NCBI GenBank assembly: GCA_003599535.1
Contig: QZKQ01000033.1
Span: forward strand, 48,837-112,836
Length of the DNA stretch: 64,000 nt
DNA from: Candidatus Zixiibacteriota bacterium
GTDB taxonomy: Bacteria > Electryoneota > B3-LCP
Direction of reading: 5' to 3'
This document shows positions 50,445 through 59,896 of this stretch, piece after piece. A model generated the notes under the pieces. It saw only the letters and a program-made list of their open reading frames with translations. It ran no database searches and had not been told where the DNA came from. The number at the start of each line of letters is the position of its first letter. The first letter of the stretch is position 1. The translations under genes and the position numbers were made by a program.

Positions 50445-52502
50445 ATGAGATGGCTGATGATACTATTGGGGTTATTGCCGATCCTGGCCACCGCCCAGGA
50501 TTTCACCTTTGAGTTGCAGCCGGAAGCGTTTCCCGTTGAGATAGAGGGCTGGGAACTCTTCCAACCATGGGCAGGCGGCTTGAACACCACCACGCCGGAA
50601 TGTTGCGACCTGGATGGAGATGGCGATCTGGATTATCTCAGTGGTGGTTCTGGTGATTACTACTACGCCTACTTCACAAATATCGGGACGGAAACAGATC
50701 CGGATTTTCAATATCTCACCCACCAACTGGATTCCCTGCGGGCCATGGATGTGGATCTGGTGGATATGGATCATGACGGGGATCAGGATGCGGTCATGAG
50801 TGGCCTATGCTATCGCAACCTGGGCTCATCCAACCAATACAATTTTGCCGCTGTAGCGGATACCCTCTACGACCCTGCCGGCAACCAACTTATCTGCCCA
50901 CGCACCGCGGCGGTGGACATTGATGCCGATGGGGATTATGACATCTTGGCGGGGCAGATGAATGGCACCCTGCGCTTCTATCAAAATATGGGCTCCCCCG
51001 AAATTTACCTTTTTCAGCGCGGTGTTGGCAATTGGCAGAACATTCAAGTCTGGCCTGATCCCTATCACTACACCGATCCCTGCTTTGCCGATCTGGATGG
51101 CGATGGCGACCTGGACCTGCTGGTGGGGGCGGGGGACGGCACGCTCTCCTACTACCGCAACGACGGCACCCCCCAGAATGCGGCCATGACATTGGTATCC
51201 AGCAGCTACCTGAACCTGGACGTGCAGTTTGACGCCTCGCCGGAACTGGCCGACATCGACTCTGACGGGGATCTGGACTTATTCGTGGGCCGCAGTCCCG
51301 CCGGAGGCCAGGATCGCACCCCGGGCGATGTGTACTTCTTCCGCAATGAAGGTACGACTCAAAACCCCGCTTTCCAGTGGGTCACCACCAACTACCTGAC
51401 CTGGGATAACGGCGCCGAAGCCCGACCCCGGCTGGTGGACATTGACACCGACGGTGATCCTGATCTGTTCTCCCCCATCGGCGGCCGCCTCTTTTTCTAC
51501 CGCAACCAAGGCAGCGCACCATCCCCCCGCTTCGTCTTCGAGACCGACACTTTCCAGAATATCGCGGTCTTTGATAATGAACCCTGGTTTGTGGATCTGG
51601 ACGGGGATGGGGACTACGACCTGTTGGCCGGGGAAAGCGCCTTCCCGCCGCCCGGACCGGGCTTGCACCTGTATCTCAACCAAGGCACGCCCCAGGAACC
51701 AGATTTTGTCCTGTATAGCGATGATCTTCTGCCCGGCTGCTTCAACGATGAAATTGTGCTTAGTCCCTGGACAGCCGATATAGATGCCGATGGAGATCAA
51801 GACCTGTTCGTCAGCACCGGACGATTGTGGTACTTTGAGAATGTCGGCACTTCCGCGCACTTCCGGTTTGAACTGGACAGCAACAACTGGCAGAATATCG
51901 GCGCGCCCAATTACGGGTTGGCCTGGGGCTGCTTCTGGGATATCGATGGGGATCTGGATCTAGATCTGTTCATCAACAGCGAGAATTACGGCTGGTTTCC
52001 CTGGGAGAAGAACCTGACCTTCTACCGCAACACCGGCACGGCGCAGAATGCCGTGATGGTGCTGGAGGACGATGACCTCTTCCCGGAGCTGATGATCTGG
52101 CAGGCAGCGCCCTTTCTCTATGATATGGACTTAGATGGGGATGGGGATCTGTTTGTGGGAGACGAGTGGGGCGGGATCCGTTACTTCGAGAACACCACCG
52201 GGGACACGGCCTACAGCCCCTACACCAAACCCCGCCCGCAGCGGGTGATGGATTTGTCGCTGTCACCCCAACCCGGCAACCCCACCACGGCCATCTCCTT
52301 CCAACTGCCCTACGCTCAGGAGGTGGACTTGGCGGTGTACAATCTCCTGGGGGCAAGGGTGGCGACACTGGCCTCGGGGAGGATGAACGCGGGGAGCTAT
52401 TCCCTGCCGTGGGCCTCCGACGGGTACGCCTCCGGGATCTACTTCGTGCGGCTGACCACCCCCACCGAAACCCTCACCCGGAAGCTGGTGATCCTGCAGT
52501 AA
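50445..52502 (+). CDS. FG-GAP/VCBS repeat protein with T9SS CTD
   Basis: Signal peptide MRWLMILLGLLPILATAQ. At least 10 repeats of D(L/I/M)DGDGD(L/Y/Q)D(L/Y)L-type calcium-binding loops (..DLDGDGDLDLLVGAGDGTLSYYRNDG..). CTD ..PQPGNPTTAISFQLP..VDLAVYNLLGARVATL..SGIYFVRL..KLVILQ. Confidence 0.85.
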   Translation: MRWLMILLGLLPILATAQDFTFELQPEAFPVEIEGWELFQPWAGGLNTTTPECCDLDGDGDLDYLSGGSGDYYYAYFTNIGTETDPDFQYLTHQLDSLRAMDVDLVDMDHDGDQDAVMSGLCYRNLGSSNQYNFAAVADTLYDPAGNQLICPRTAAVDIDADGDYDILAGQMNGTLRFYQNMGSPEIYLFQRGVGNWQNIQVWPDPYHYTDPCFADLDGDGDLDLLVGAGDGTLSYYRNDGTPQNAAMTLVSSSYLNLDVQFDASPELADIDSDGDLDLFVGRSPAGGQDRTPGDVYFFRNEGTTQNPAFQWVTTNYLTWDNGAEARPRLVDIDTDGDPDLFSPIGGRLFFYRNQGSAPSPRFVFETDTFQNIAVFDNEPWFVDLDGDGDYDLLAGESAFPPPGPGLHLYLNQGTPQEPDFVLYSDDLLPGCFNDEIVLSPWTADIDADGDQDLFVSTGRLWYFENVGTSAHFRFELDSNNWQNIGAPNYGLAWGCFWDIDGDLDLDLFINSENYGWFPWEKNLTFYRNTGTAQNAVMVLEDDDLFPELMIWQAAPFLYDMDLDGDGDLFVGDEWGGIRYFENTTGDTAYSPYTKPRPQRVMDLSLSPQPGNPTTAISFQLPYAQEVDLAVYNLLGARVATLASGRMNAGSYSLPWASDGYASGIYFVRLTTPTETLTRKLVILQ

Positions 52503-52618
52503 ACTTCTCTCGCTCGCCCCGTAACTTCCCCCACGAAAAAGCCCCTGAAGGCCCACCATCGCCGGGTGAGATCCGGAGGCCACGCCCGAAATCCGGGAAT
52601 TGCCTGCCTGTACGCGTG

Positions 52619-52671
52619 TGGGCCCAGCAGGATTCGAACCCGCGACCCACGGATTAAAAGTCCGTTGCTCT
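52619..52671 (-). tRNA. 3'-terminal fragment of tRNA-Lys(UUU); 5' acceptor strand and D-arm missing
   Basis: The reverse complement is AGAGCAACGGACTTTTAATCCGTGGGTCGCGGGTTCGAATCCTGCTGGGCCCA. It contains the anticodon arm ACGGA-CTTTTAA-TCCGT, the T-arm GCGGG-TTCGAAT-CCTGC, and the acceptor 3' strand plus discriminator A. Adjacent sequence has no GGGCCCA or GCTC D-stem. Confidence 0.75.
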
Positions 52672-52699
52672 TGTGCGGGAAAAGGGGCAAAATCGGGCG

Positions 52700-52721
52700 T
52701 TTTGCAGTAGTTTTGCAGTAG
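52700..52721 (+). repeat. tandem direct 11-mer TTTTGCAGTAG x2 next to the tRNA fragment
   Basis: ttttgcagtag ttttgcagtag begins 28 nt from the truncated end of the tRNA fragment. Candidate recombinase arm-type sites. Confidence 0.6.
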
Positions 52722-53273
52722 TCGCATGAAAACGGGCCGGACTTGCGTCCGCGTGAGTCCGGTCCGGCCGTTAACGCAACGGTCGCTGGGCCTGCCTGAG
52801 AAATCCCTTGCTCTTTGAAATAGGTTAGCTATCTACACTTTTTCGGCACTATCCTACGCGGGCCGTGCGCCAGGTAGGTATGGCAGCGTTGCGCCGGAAA
52901 ACCGGCAGCAAGCAACTGTGTTTTCGTGAAGGAAGCACTTTCCTGACGGGCGGCGCGGTCGGTGGATGCTGAGCTGGCTTCTCTCATTGAATCAGGCTTC
53001 CCTCGCCCACCTGCTGGGAGAGGTCAACACGTTCCCAGGCTTATAGAGCCTTCCCGACCAGAATGCGCTTGACGCTGCCCCGAAAATATTCTGTCGGGTA
53101 GGGGGGGGTATGTTTCTCCTGAAACCGAAATCCCGAATCCAAGGTGGGGGGCTTTGCCGCCGACGGGAGGTTTTAACTTCGCCCCCTCCCAGAAGCCGGT
53201 CAGGGACGGACTTCAGAATGCTGCCTCAATCAGGAGTGACAAGGGATAAAGATCCAGAAATTGAAGAAATTAC

Positions 53274-53302
53274 TTGACTTTGGGAGAAAGTTGCTCTATA
53301 TT
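53274..53302 (+). promoter_or_regulatory. sigma70-like promoter (TTGACT-17-TATATT)
   Basis: cTTGACTttgggagaaagttgctcTATATTa, 156 nt before ATG 53459. Near-twin of the promoter at 59897-59925. Confidence 0.55.
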
Positions 53303-53458
53303 AGAATTGAGTTCTAACCTGTGGGGGTTAGCGTGCCAGGATCTTCCCAAGCGCTAAGGACATTCCCCTCCCAAAATGGCTGCCCGAAGCCGGAGCGCGG
53401 TGATGCCCCGGAACGGGCGCTTTACGTTTGACCACCCCAAGCTGAAAAGAGACCAACG

Positions 53459-55141
53459 ATGAAGAAGCTGCCGTTACTGCTGATAAGCCTGGTTATACTG
53501 GCTGCCCTAGTAGCCCCCGCCCCCGCCCAAGCCCAGTGGCCTACCACCCCCCGCGAATTCCTCTCTGTGTCCGCTATTCCCGATACCATGGAGGCCTATC
53601 CTTCCATCTTTTCCCTGGCCGGCGGTAGGACCATAATAACCTTTTTTAAAGATGGGGCGGGGCAATGCTATCAGGTCCTAAGCGCGGACGGTTATACGAT
53701 GTTCACCGTGCCCCCTCTGATCGCCACCACCGCAGCCGGTCCCTATTCTTATTCAACCAAAATGCTTCCCACCCCTGATGGTGGGGTTTACGTGGTGTGG
53801 CAGAATATCTATGGCAGCCCTTTCCCCGGCACCTATGCCCAGCGCCTGGATTCCCTGGGCAACCGCCTGTGGGGAGATGCCGGAGTGTTGATCCATCCCG
53901 CGCATTGGAACGATTTCGACATCTGCCCCGATGGCCAGGGCGGGTTCTTCGCCGCCGTCAACACTCTCCCCTTGACCCCCACGATGGACCTGGCGGGGCA
54001 ACACGTTTCCCTGGCCGGGGAGCTGCTGTGGGGCGCCGCCGGCTTGCCTCTGATCACTTATCTTGAGGCGCAGCAGTTTCCCGCCGTCGCCCCTGACGAG
54101 CAGGGAGGTCTCTATGTCATCTGGGAGGACCGCCGCCCCCCCAACCCTGGTTTCGGCCGGATCTTCAGTCAACGCTTCGACGGGCAAGCCCAACCGTTAT
54201 GGGCACCGGCCACGGGAAGAGAGATCTGGCCCGGCAGCGGCTCCTTCCGCCAGATTTTCCCTGACGGGCAGCACGGCTTCATTGTCTACCACGGCGGGGG
54301 GACCAACTGGAACCACTTGGCTCGCTACAGCCCGGAGGGCCGGCTGCGGTGGAGAAACGATGAGGCTGGGGCGGGCGATCCTGCCAAGATGGTGGCCGGG
54401 GAGCCCGGCTACTTCTACTTCGCTTGGGTGGAGCATTTCCATTGGAAGACGATCTACGGCCAGCGCGTGGACTTGCAGGGACGTTTTCACTGGTCGGGGC
54501 CTTCCGGCGGCGCCCAGGTCATCTCGCCACTAGAAGGGGCCTGGCAGATTATCTACCCGGAGCTGGATTGTTTCTACCGGGACAGCAGTTTCTGGGTGGC
54601 GGAGGCTTACAAGGTATCGCATAGCCCCAGCCTGAGGTTTCCTTTCCGAATCTATGTGCAGGCTCTGGATGCCCAAGCTAATCCCCGCTTTGGTTCCCAA
54701 GGACTATATATCTGTTCCCAAGCCTTATCCAGCCACACCGTGGCGAATCTGAGCGCCGCCACTGATGGATCGGATGGCATTGTGACCGTTTGGGCGGATC
54801 GCTTGATAGGATCGGTATCAGAGGAAGATGTGTTCGCCAGTCATACCAATGCCGACGGAAGCTTCGGCATTCCGCCTGCAATGACTGTCGGCGCTTACTC
54901 TGTGCAAATTAAACGGTCTGATTCAGCTAGCATAGTCTATCAGATCAATGCCCCCGGCATCGTGAGTGTAACTCTCTTCGATCTTCTGGGGAGAAAAATC
55001 AATTCTCTACAAGACGGTCTACAAGCGCCTGGCAATCATTCATTATCTCTAAGTCACCTCTCCTTGCCTTCTGGGGTATATATAGTCACGATCAGAGTGG
55101 ATAACCAGATCATCGCCGGTAAGGTTGCACTGATTAAATAA
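53459..55141 (+). CDS. secreted DGxGG-repeat (beta-propeller-like) protein with T9SS CTD
   Basis: Signal peptide ..APAPAQA/QWPTTP. Repeats PDGGVYVVWQN..YAQRLDSLGNRLWG, PDGQGGFFAA, DEQGGLYVIWEDRR..FSQRFDGQAQPLW, ..YGQRVDLQGRFHW. CTD ..VSVTLFDLLGRKINSL..SGVYIVTIRV..KVALIK. Confidence 0.75.
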   Translation: MKKLPLLLISLVILAALVAPAPAQAQWPTTPREFLSVSAIPDTMEAYPSIFSLAGGRTIITFFKDGAGQCYQVLSADGYTMFTVPPLIATTAAGPYSYSTKMLPTPDGGVYVVWQNIYGSPFPGTYAQRLDSLGNRLWGDAGVLIHPAHWNDFDICPDGQGGFFAAVNTLPLTPTMDLAGQHVSLAGELLWGAAGLPLITYLEAQQFPAVAPDEQGGLYVIWEDRRPPNPGFGRIFSQRFDGQAQPLWAPATGREIWPGSGSFRQIFPDGQHGFIVYHGGGTNWNHLARYSPEGRLRWRNDEAGAGDPAKMVAGEPGYFYFAWVEHFHWKTIYGQRVDLQGRFHWSGPSGGAQVISPLEGAWQIIYPELDCFYRDSSFWVAEAYKVSHSPSLRFPFRIYVQALDAQANPRFGSQGLYICSQALSSHTVANLSAATDGSDGIVTVWADRLIGSVSEEDVFASHTNADGSFGIPPAMTVGAYSVQIKRSDSASIVYQINAPGIVSVTLFDLLGRKINSLQDGLQAPGNHSLSLSHLSLPSGVYIVTIRVDNQIIAGKVALIK

Positions 55142-55180
55142 ATTTTCCATGAACTACCAATTTAATGAAGAGAGGTCATC

Positions 55181-58100
55181 ATGCAGCGCTCAATTCTCGC
55201 TAGTGTGCTACTGGCCGCGCTTTTTACCACCTCCATCCAGGCACAACCGATCCCTTGGGAGTATCACCGCATGCCCGGCGGTTCGGAGGAGGAAACCATC
55301 ATTGTGGATGAAACTCTGGGCCAAGAAGCGGTTAAGGGGCTCTGGATAACCGAGAAACAAGGCGGCATGTATTGGACAGAGTGGAATTCGACTTCAAACA
55401 GCTTCGACCCATGCGATGCGAATAGCGAATTTGATGCCCATTATCCCTGGTGCATGGGCGCTGATGTGCATTCTGTTGGAGGAACATATTCCGGGCTGTA
55501 CACCGTAGCCGCCACCTATAATGCGACTCAATGGTATAAACACTTCACAGGAGAACCATCAAATTGGGGCTACGAAAGTAACTTACCCATTCGTTCCAAC
55601 AATCTTTATCGTTGGCATGACGCTCTGCTGGTCGCCGATGGAAGCGGCAACTTTCTTCCCGATCAATACGTCGTCTCCGCCATGCAGGAATGGTCATCGG
55701 CCGCCGCTTCCCTACGTAAAGGCCTATATGTGTGCCGAACAGGTAATTCAACTCCCGTCCTTCTTACAGATTCGGATTACCACTATGATTACCGTTCGTT
55801 TTATCGTGATTTAGACGATGGGAAAGTCTTTTACACGTTTTACAATGCCACTACGCATCCTACTGACCCAAGCTGCGCGTTTCAGAAGTGGACCATGAGC
55901 GGCACTGGGCCATCACTAACTGGGAGTTCTGTCTCAGACTTTGCTTCCGGTTACGTGCTTAAGGAGGTCGGCGATTTCTATCAGTACATTGAGCCGGACC
56001 CGTCACCGGGAGACAACGATGTCCGTCACCAATTCCTGGAAGCCGAATCCAAACCCACTGGAGGCGATTATACTTGGGATGTCTGGCACCGCGAGAAAAT
56101 CGGTTCGACCGGAACTTACACGACGTGGACGAAAATTTTATCGGATTTAGGCAACATTAATGCAATCAGAGGCACGAAGAATGCGGACATCGTGGCCTAT
56201 CGACCGATCGGTGGAGATTATCATATCTACTTGGGTATCGGTCTGCGCGGATTAGTTTTAGTGAAAGGATTGCCGTCATCGACTTGGTCATATACCCTGC
56301 TGAATGGTTCCATCTCCAATGGTTTTCTGTACAGAAGCGGCACCCGCAGCCTGAACTTGCGGCCGCGATCATGGGTGACAGGTAGCAGCCCACCTGATCA
56401 AGTGATCGTAGGTGGGGTTCACGGCGGCCTCCAAGTCGCCAAAATCAGCCTGGCTGGTCCATCGGTTGATAGCTATGTGTCTTTAGATAACTGGGGAGGA
56501 GGGGTACGCGGAACTGCCCAAAAAGCGGGCTCCTATGTCTTTGATGTGGTAGCAAATGGACCAAATTATTACTTTTTCCATGACGCCTTGGGCGTTTTCA
56601 AGGCCGCTACCAGCTCTGATCCGGATGATTGGGTAACATATACTAGGTTAGGACTAAGCACTACCGACCTTACCGCCCGGACTGATTTCAACATCTGCTT
56701 GAGAAACGGGTGTTTTTCTCCTTTTCCCGGGGAGAGCAATATCCTTTATCTGGGAGGCCAAGACAGACAGTACATTAACGGTTTATCTTCAACCACTCAG
56801 CTGCATCGAGGGGGCATGTGGAAACTGGATATTTCAAGTCCCACAAATTCCCTGACGCGGCCTGCAGATATATCGCTTCTGGTGGAAACTGGAAAACTGT
56901 CTGCCATCGTCACAGAAGATGCAGGGGCTGGGGAACCGATCCTGTATTATGCCTCACCAAGTAACTCGAGGAGTGATGATGAATCGTTAAGGGATGAAGG
57001 CCCCTACAACATTTATCGATACAAGCAGGGAAGTCCTTCTACTGTAGAGGATATTTGGGATACTGACGCAATTGAGTATACGGTTTATCACTGGTTAGCT
57101 GGACCTCTAGGCGAGAACATGCATGCCGGCATTTTTTGCCTGGAGGCGCATCCCACCGTCAAGGGGGTCGTATATGGATTAAGTATGCCGGCACCGCCCC
57201 TGGACTGGGATGATCTTTACCAAGGTACAGAAAACGGTGGTGGTTTGGGATATGTCTACCGGTCGGTCGTTGGTCCTCCTGAAGTTTGGACACCAGAACC
57301 GGTAGTGCAGTGTCATAACGCACCAGATTATTTCCAGAATGTGGTAGACATGGTAGCGGAGTACCCTTTATCACCAGCCGGTGCTGACCATCAGAAGGTG
57401 GATATGCTGGTGGCTTGTGCTGCTTTCGAATTATCGCATAAGAGTGAGGACCCATTCCGCTATGGTGGTCTTTTTAAGGTGCACTATGGCGGCAGTGCCT
57501 GGCAAGTAACTGATGTTACTCCCCCCGTAGGCAGTGATTATAGGCTGTCTCCCGCTTCCGGCGCGTTTTCCCATCCGGCAGTTGTGGGGGTGGATAGTGT
57601 GGCGCTGAGTGCATCCAGTAGAATTTATGTTTGTGTGACTAGCGGCGAGGACAACAGCGTTGTCGGGCTTGATGAATGGACCAGCCATGTGTGGTACCAA
57701 CGGGCCGCCGGTATTGCAAACCTTACGGCATCGGGTTGGAGGAAATTCCCCAGCCCCATCCCCTCCATAGCTAATGGCATAATACCGTATACAAACTCCG
57801 CGGGGGAGACCAAGCCGTTGGTGTCATGGGGCCCTGTCATCGTCAACAAGTACCACAACAATGCCATTGATCTCTTTGTGGGAGGTGTTAGCGGCATCCG
57901 GTACACGATGACCACCGGGCCTGTGGATCAGAGCCAGGCTTGGGAAGGGATGGTGATCCTTGATGATAATGTGACCGTAAATAACGGCGCTACCCTGACC
58001 CTGAATCCTGGCTGCCAGATTGTAGCGAACGGCGACTTCGGCATCACCGTGGATTCGGGCTACATCAAGGTGGCCTACCCCGACAGCGACCGGGTGGTGT

Positions 58101-59785
58101 TCACCGCCGCCGAAGGGGTGCGCTGGGAAGGCCTCACCTTCAAGAACATGCACCCCGACAGCACCCCCACGGTCGAGAACCTGGAGATCCGCAACGCCGA
58201 CGTGGGGATCTACATCGACGACAACGCCACCCACTCGGTGCGCCTGACGGTGCAGAACTGCCTCTTCGACGGCAACAGCACCGCCATCGCCGCCTCCCAG
58301 GCCGACCGCCTCCGCATCGCCAACTGCACCATCCGGAATTGCGTCAAGGACAGCGTCGGCAACGGCGACGGGATCTACCTGTTCAATCCCTCCGCCGGCG
58401 TCAACCATATCGTTGAGAACAACGAGATCTACGGCAACGACGGCTGCGGGGTGCGCCTGTCCAGTTGCCCGGCCACGGTGGTCGTGCGCAACAACGCCAT
58501 CCACGACAACCTGGAGCAGAACAGCGCCGGCTACACCACCTGGGCGGGGGTGTACTGCTACAACAGCTCGCCCAAGGTCCTGACTACCGAAGTCAGCGAA
58601 GCGAACGGCTACCCCCTGGCGGCCTTCAACTCGGCGGCGCCCTACCTGTGCCCCGGCCCGGACTCCACCAACCGCTTCGAGCTGACCATGAGCCCGCCGG
58701 ATACCTACGCCGTGATTTTCGCCGACGGCGGCTTCCCGGTGATGAACAACGCCCACAACAACTTCAGCCACGCTGGCAGCGGCAGCGCCCTCCTAATCCG
58801 GGACGTCACCTCATCGCCGCCGCTGCGCACCGTGAAGTACAACTGGTGGGGCGTCTCTTCCCCGGCCACCGACCAGTACAGCCCCACCAGCATAGATTAC
58901 ACCCCCTGCCTGACCAGCGCCGAAGGGTTCCCCACGGGCCTGCCGGCGCGGGGCATCTACACGGAGGATTCCACCGCCTACGGGCTGCTGGCCGACGCGC
59001 TGGCCGCCGCCGAAGTCGAGAACTACGCCCTGGCCTACCAGCTTCTGGTCACGTTAATGGAGACCTATCCCAATGAAGGCGATGCCGTCTGCCAGGCGCT
59101 GCCCCACCTGTACAACAACGGCCTGCTGGCTTCGATTCCAGCAACGACACTCTATGCTTACTTAGACAACCTCTATCTAGAGAATCCCGGCACCCTGGTG
59201 GGCAAGACCGCCCGCAAGGTGCGCAACGACTGCGCCGTGTACCAGGGCAACTACCAGGCGGCGTTGAACGACTACCAGGCGATCATGGCTGACCCTGAGA
59301 CCCTGGCCGATTCGGTGTATGCGGCCATTGACGCCAATCAGGTCAACCTGATCCTTTCCGGCTCGGGGATGCCGGGCATCATGGCGGTCGGACCGTTGAA
59401 CCCCGGCAGCGCCCAGGAGTGCATGAAGCGGGAAGCACAGCTCATGGCCCTGCTGTACGGCAGCGGCGGCCCGGCCGGCCCGGCCTTGCCCCAGAGCTTC
59501 GCCCTGCACCAGAACTTCCCCAACCCCTTCAACCCTGTGACCACCATCCAGTATGACCTGCCGGAGTTGTCCCAGGTGAAGATCACCATCTATAACATGC
59601 TGGGGCAGAAGGTGGTGACGCTGGCGGACGGGCTGCAGACGGCCGGGTACAAGAAGGTGATGTGGGACTCGCAGCGCGCCGGGGTAGTGCTGGCCAGCGG
59701 GATCTACGTCTATCACTTCGAGGCCACGGGAAAAGTCACAGGCAAGACCTTCACCACAGCCAAGAAGATGTTGCTGCTGAAGTAG
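55181..59785 (+). CDS. giant (1534 aa) secreted protein: unknown N-terminal about 920 aa + parallel beta-helix (PbH1) repeats + TPR-like segment + T9SS CTD
   Basis: Signal peptide MQRSILASVLLAALFTTSIQA. Beta-helix repeats from about 58000 (..LEIRNADVGIYID.., ..LFDGNSTAIAA.., ..NNEIYGNDGCGVRL.., ..NNAIHDN..). CTD ..NFPNPFNPVTTIQYDLPELSQVKITIYNMLGQKVVTL..SGIYVYHFE..KKMLLLK. Confidence 0.8.
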   Translation: MQRSILASVLLAALFTTSIQAQPIPWEYHRMPGGSEEETIIVDETLGQEAVKGLWITEKQGGMYWTEWNSTSNSFDPCDANSEFDAHYPWCMGADVHSVGGTYSGLYTVAATYNATQWYKHFTGEPSNWGYESNLPIRSNNLYRWHDALLVADGSGNFLPDQYVVSAMQEWSSAAASLRKGLYVCRTGNSTPVLLTDSDYHYDYRSFYRDLDDGKVFYTFYNATTHPTDPSCAFQKWTMSGTGPSLTGSSVSDFASGYVLKEVGDFYQYIEPDPSPGDNDVRHQFLEAESKPTGGDYTWDVWHREKIGSTGTYTTWTKILSDLGNINAIRGTKNADIVAYRPIGGDYHIYLGIGLRGLVLVKGLPSSTWSYTLLNGSISNGFLYRSGTRSLNLRPRSWVTGSSPPDQVIVGGVHGGLQVAKISLAGPSVDSYVSLDNWGGGVRGTAQKAGSYVFDVVANGPNYYFFHDALGVFKAATSSDPDDWVTYTRLGLSTTDLTARTDFNICLRNGCFSPFPGESNILYLGGQDRQYINGLSSTTQLHRGGMWKLDISSPTNSLTRPADISLLVETGKLSAIVTEDAGAGEPILYYASPSNSRSDDESLRDEGPYNIYRYKQGSPSTVEDIWDTDAIEYTVYHWLAGPLGENMHAGIFCLEAHPTVKGVVYGLSMPAPPLDWDDLYQGTENGGGLGYVYRSVVGPPEVWTPEPVVQCHNAPDYFQNVVDMVAEYPLSPAGADHQKVDMLVACAAFELSHKSEDPFRYGGLFKVHYGGSAWQVTDVTPPVGSDYRLSPASGAFSHPAVVGVDSVALSASSRIYVCVTSGEDNSVVGLDEWTSHVWYQRAAGIANLTASGWRKFPSPIPSIANGIIPYTNSAGETKPLVSWGPVIVNKYHNNAIDLFVGGVSGIRYTMTTGPVDQSQAWEGMVILDDNVTVNNGATLTLNPGCQIVANGDFGITVDSGYIKVAYPDSDRVVFTAAEGVRWEGLTFKNMHPDSTPTVENLEIRNADVGIYIDDNATHSVRLTVQNCLFDGNSTAIAASQADRLRIANCTIRNCVKDSVGNGDGIYLFNPSAGVNHIVENNEIYGNDGCGVRLSSCPATVVVRNNAIHDNLEQNSAGYTTWAGVYCYNSSPKVLTTEVSEANGYPLAAFNSAAPYLCPGPDSTNRFELTMSPPDTYAVIFADGGFPVMNNAHNNFSHAGSGSALLIRDVTSSPPLRTVKYNWWGVSSPATDQYSPTSIDYTPCLTSAEGFPTGLPARGIYTEDSTAYGLLADALAAAEVENYALAYQLLVTLMETYPNEGDAVCQALPHLYNNGLLASIPATTLYAYLDNLYLENPGTLVGKTARKVRNDCAVYQGNYQAALNDYQAIMADPETLADSVYAAIDANQVNLILSGSGMPGIMAVGPLNPGSAQECMKREAQLMALLYGSGGPAGPALPQSFALHQNFPNPFNPVTTIQYDLPELSQVKITIYNMLGQKVVTLADGLQTAGYKKVMWDSQRAGVVLASGIYVYHFEATGKVTGKTFTTAKKMLLLK

Positions 59786-59817
59786 CGCATGAGGCCTTCC
59801 CTGACGGGAGAAATACC

Positions 59818-59847
59818 AGGGGCAGGCCGGTGGACCTGCCCCTTTAT
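59818..59847 (+). terminator. rho-independent terminator after the giant gene
   Basis: AGGGGCAGG-ccggtgga-CCTGCCCCT followed by TTAT. Confidence 0.6.
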
Positions 59848-59896
59848 GCGGGTGCTGTCCATCAATAATCAAAATGCCCCGCTCTGATCATTGTTC

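Noticed and set aside
52619-52700. Intact tRNA-Lys gene
   Set aside because: Only the 3' 53 nt fit the cloverleaf. The following about 30 nt (revcomp ..cgattttgcccctttt cccgcaca) contain neither the GCTC D-stem nor the GGGCCCA acceptor strand, so the feature is reported as a fragment.
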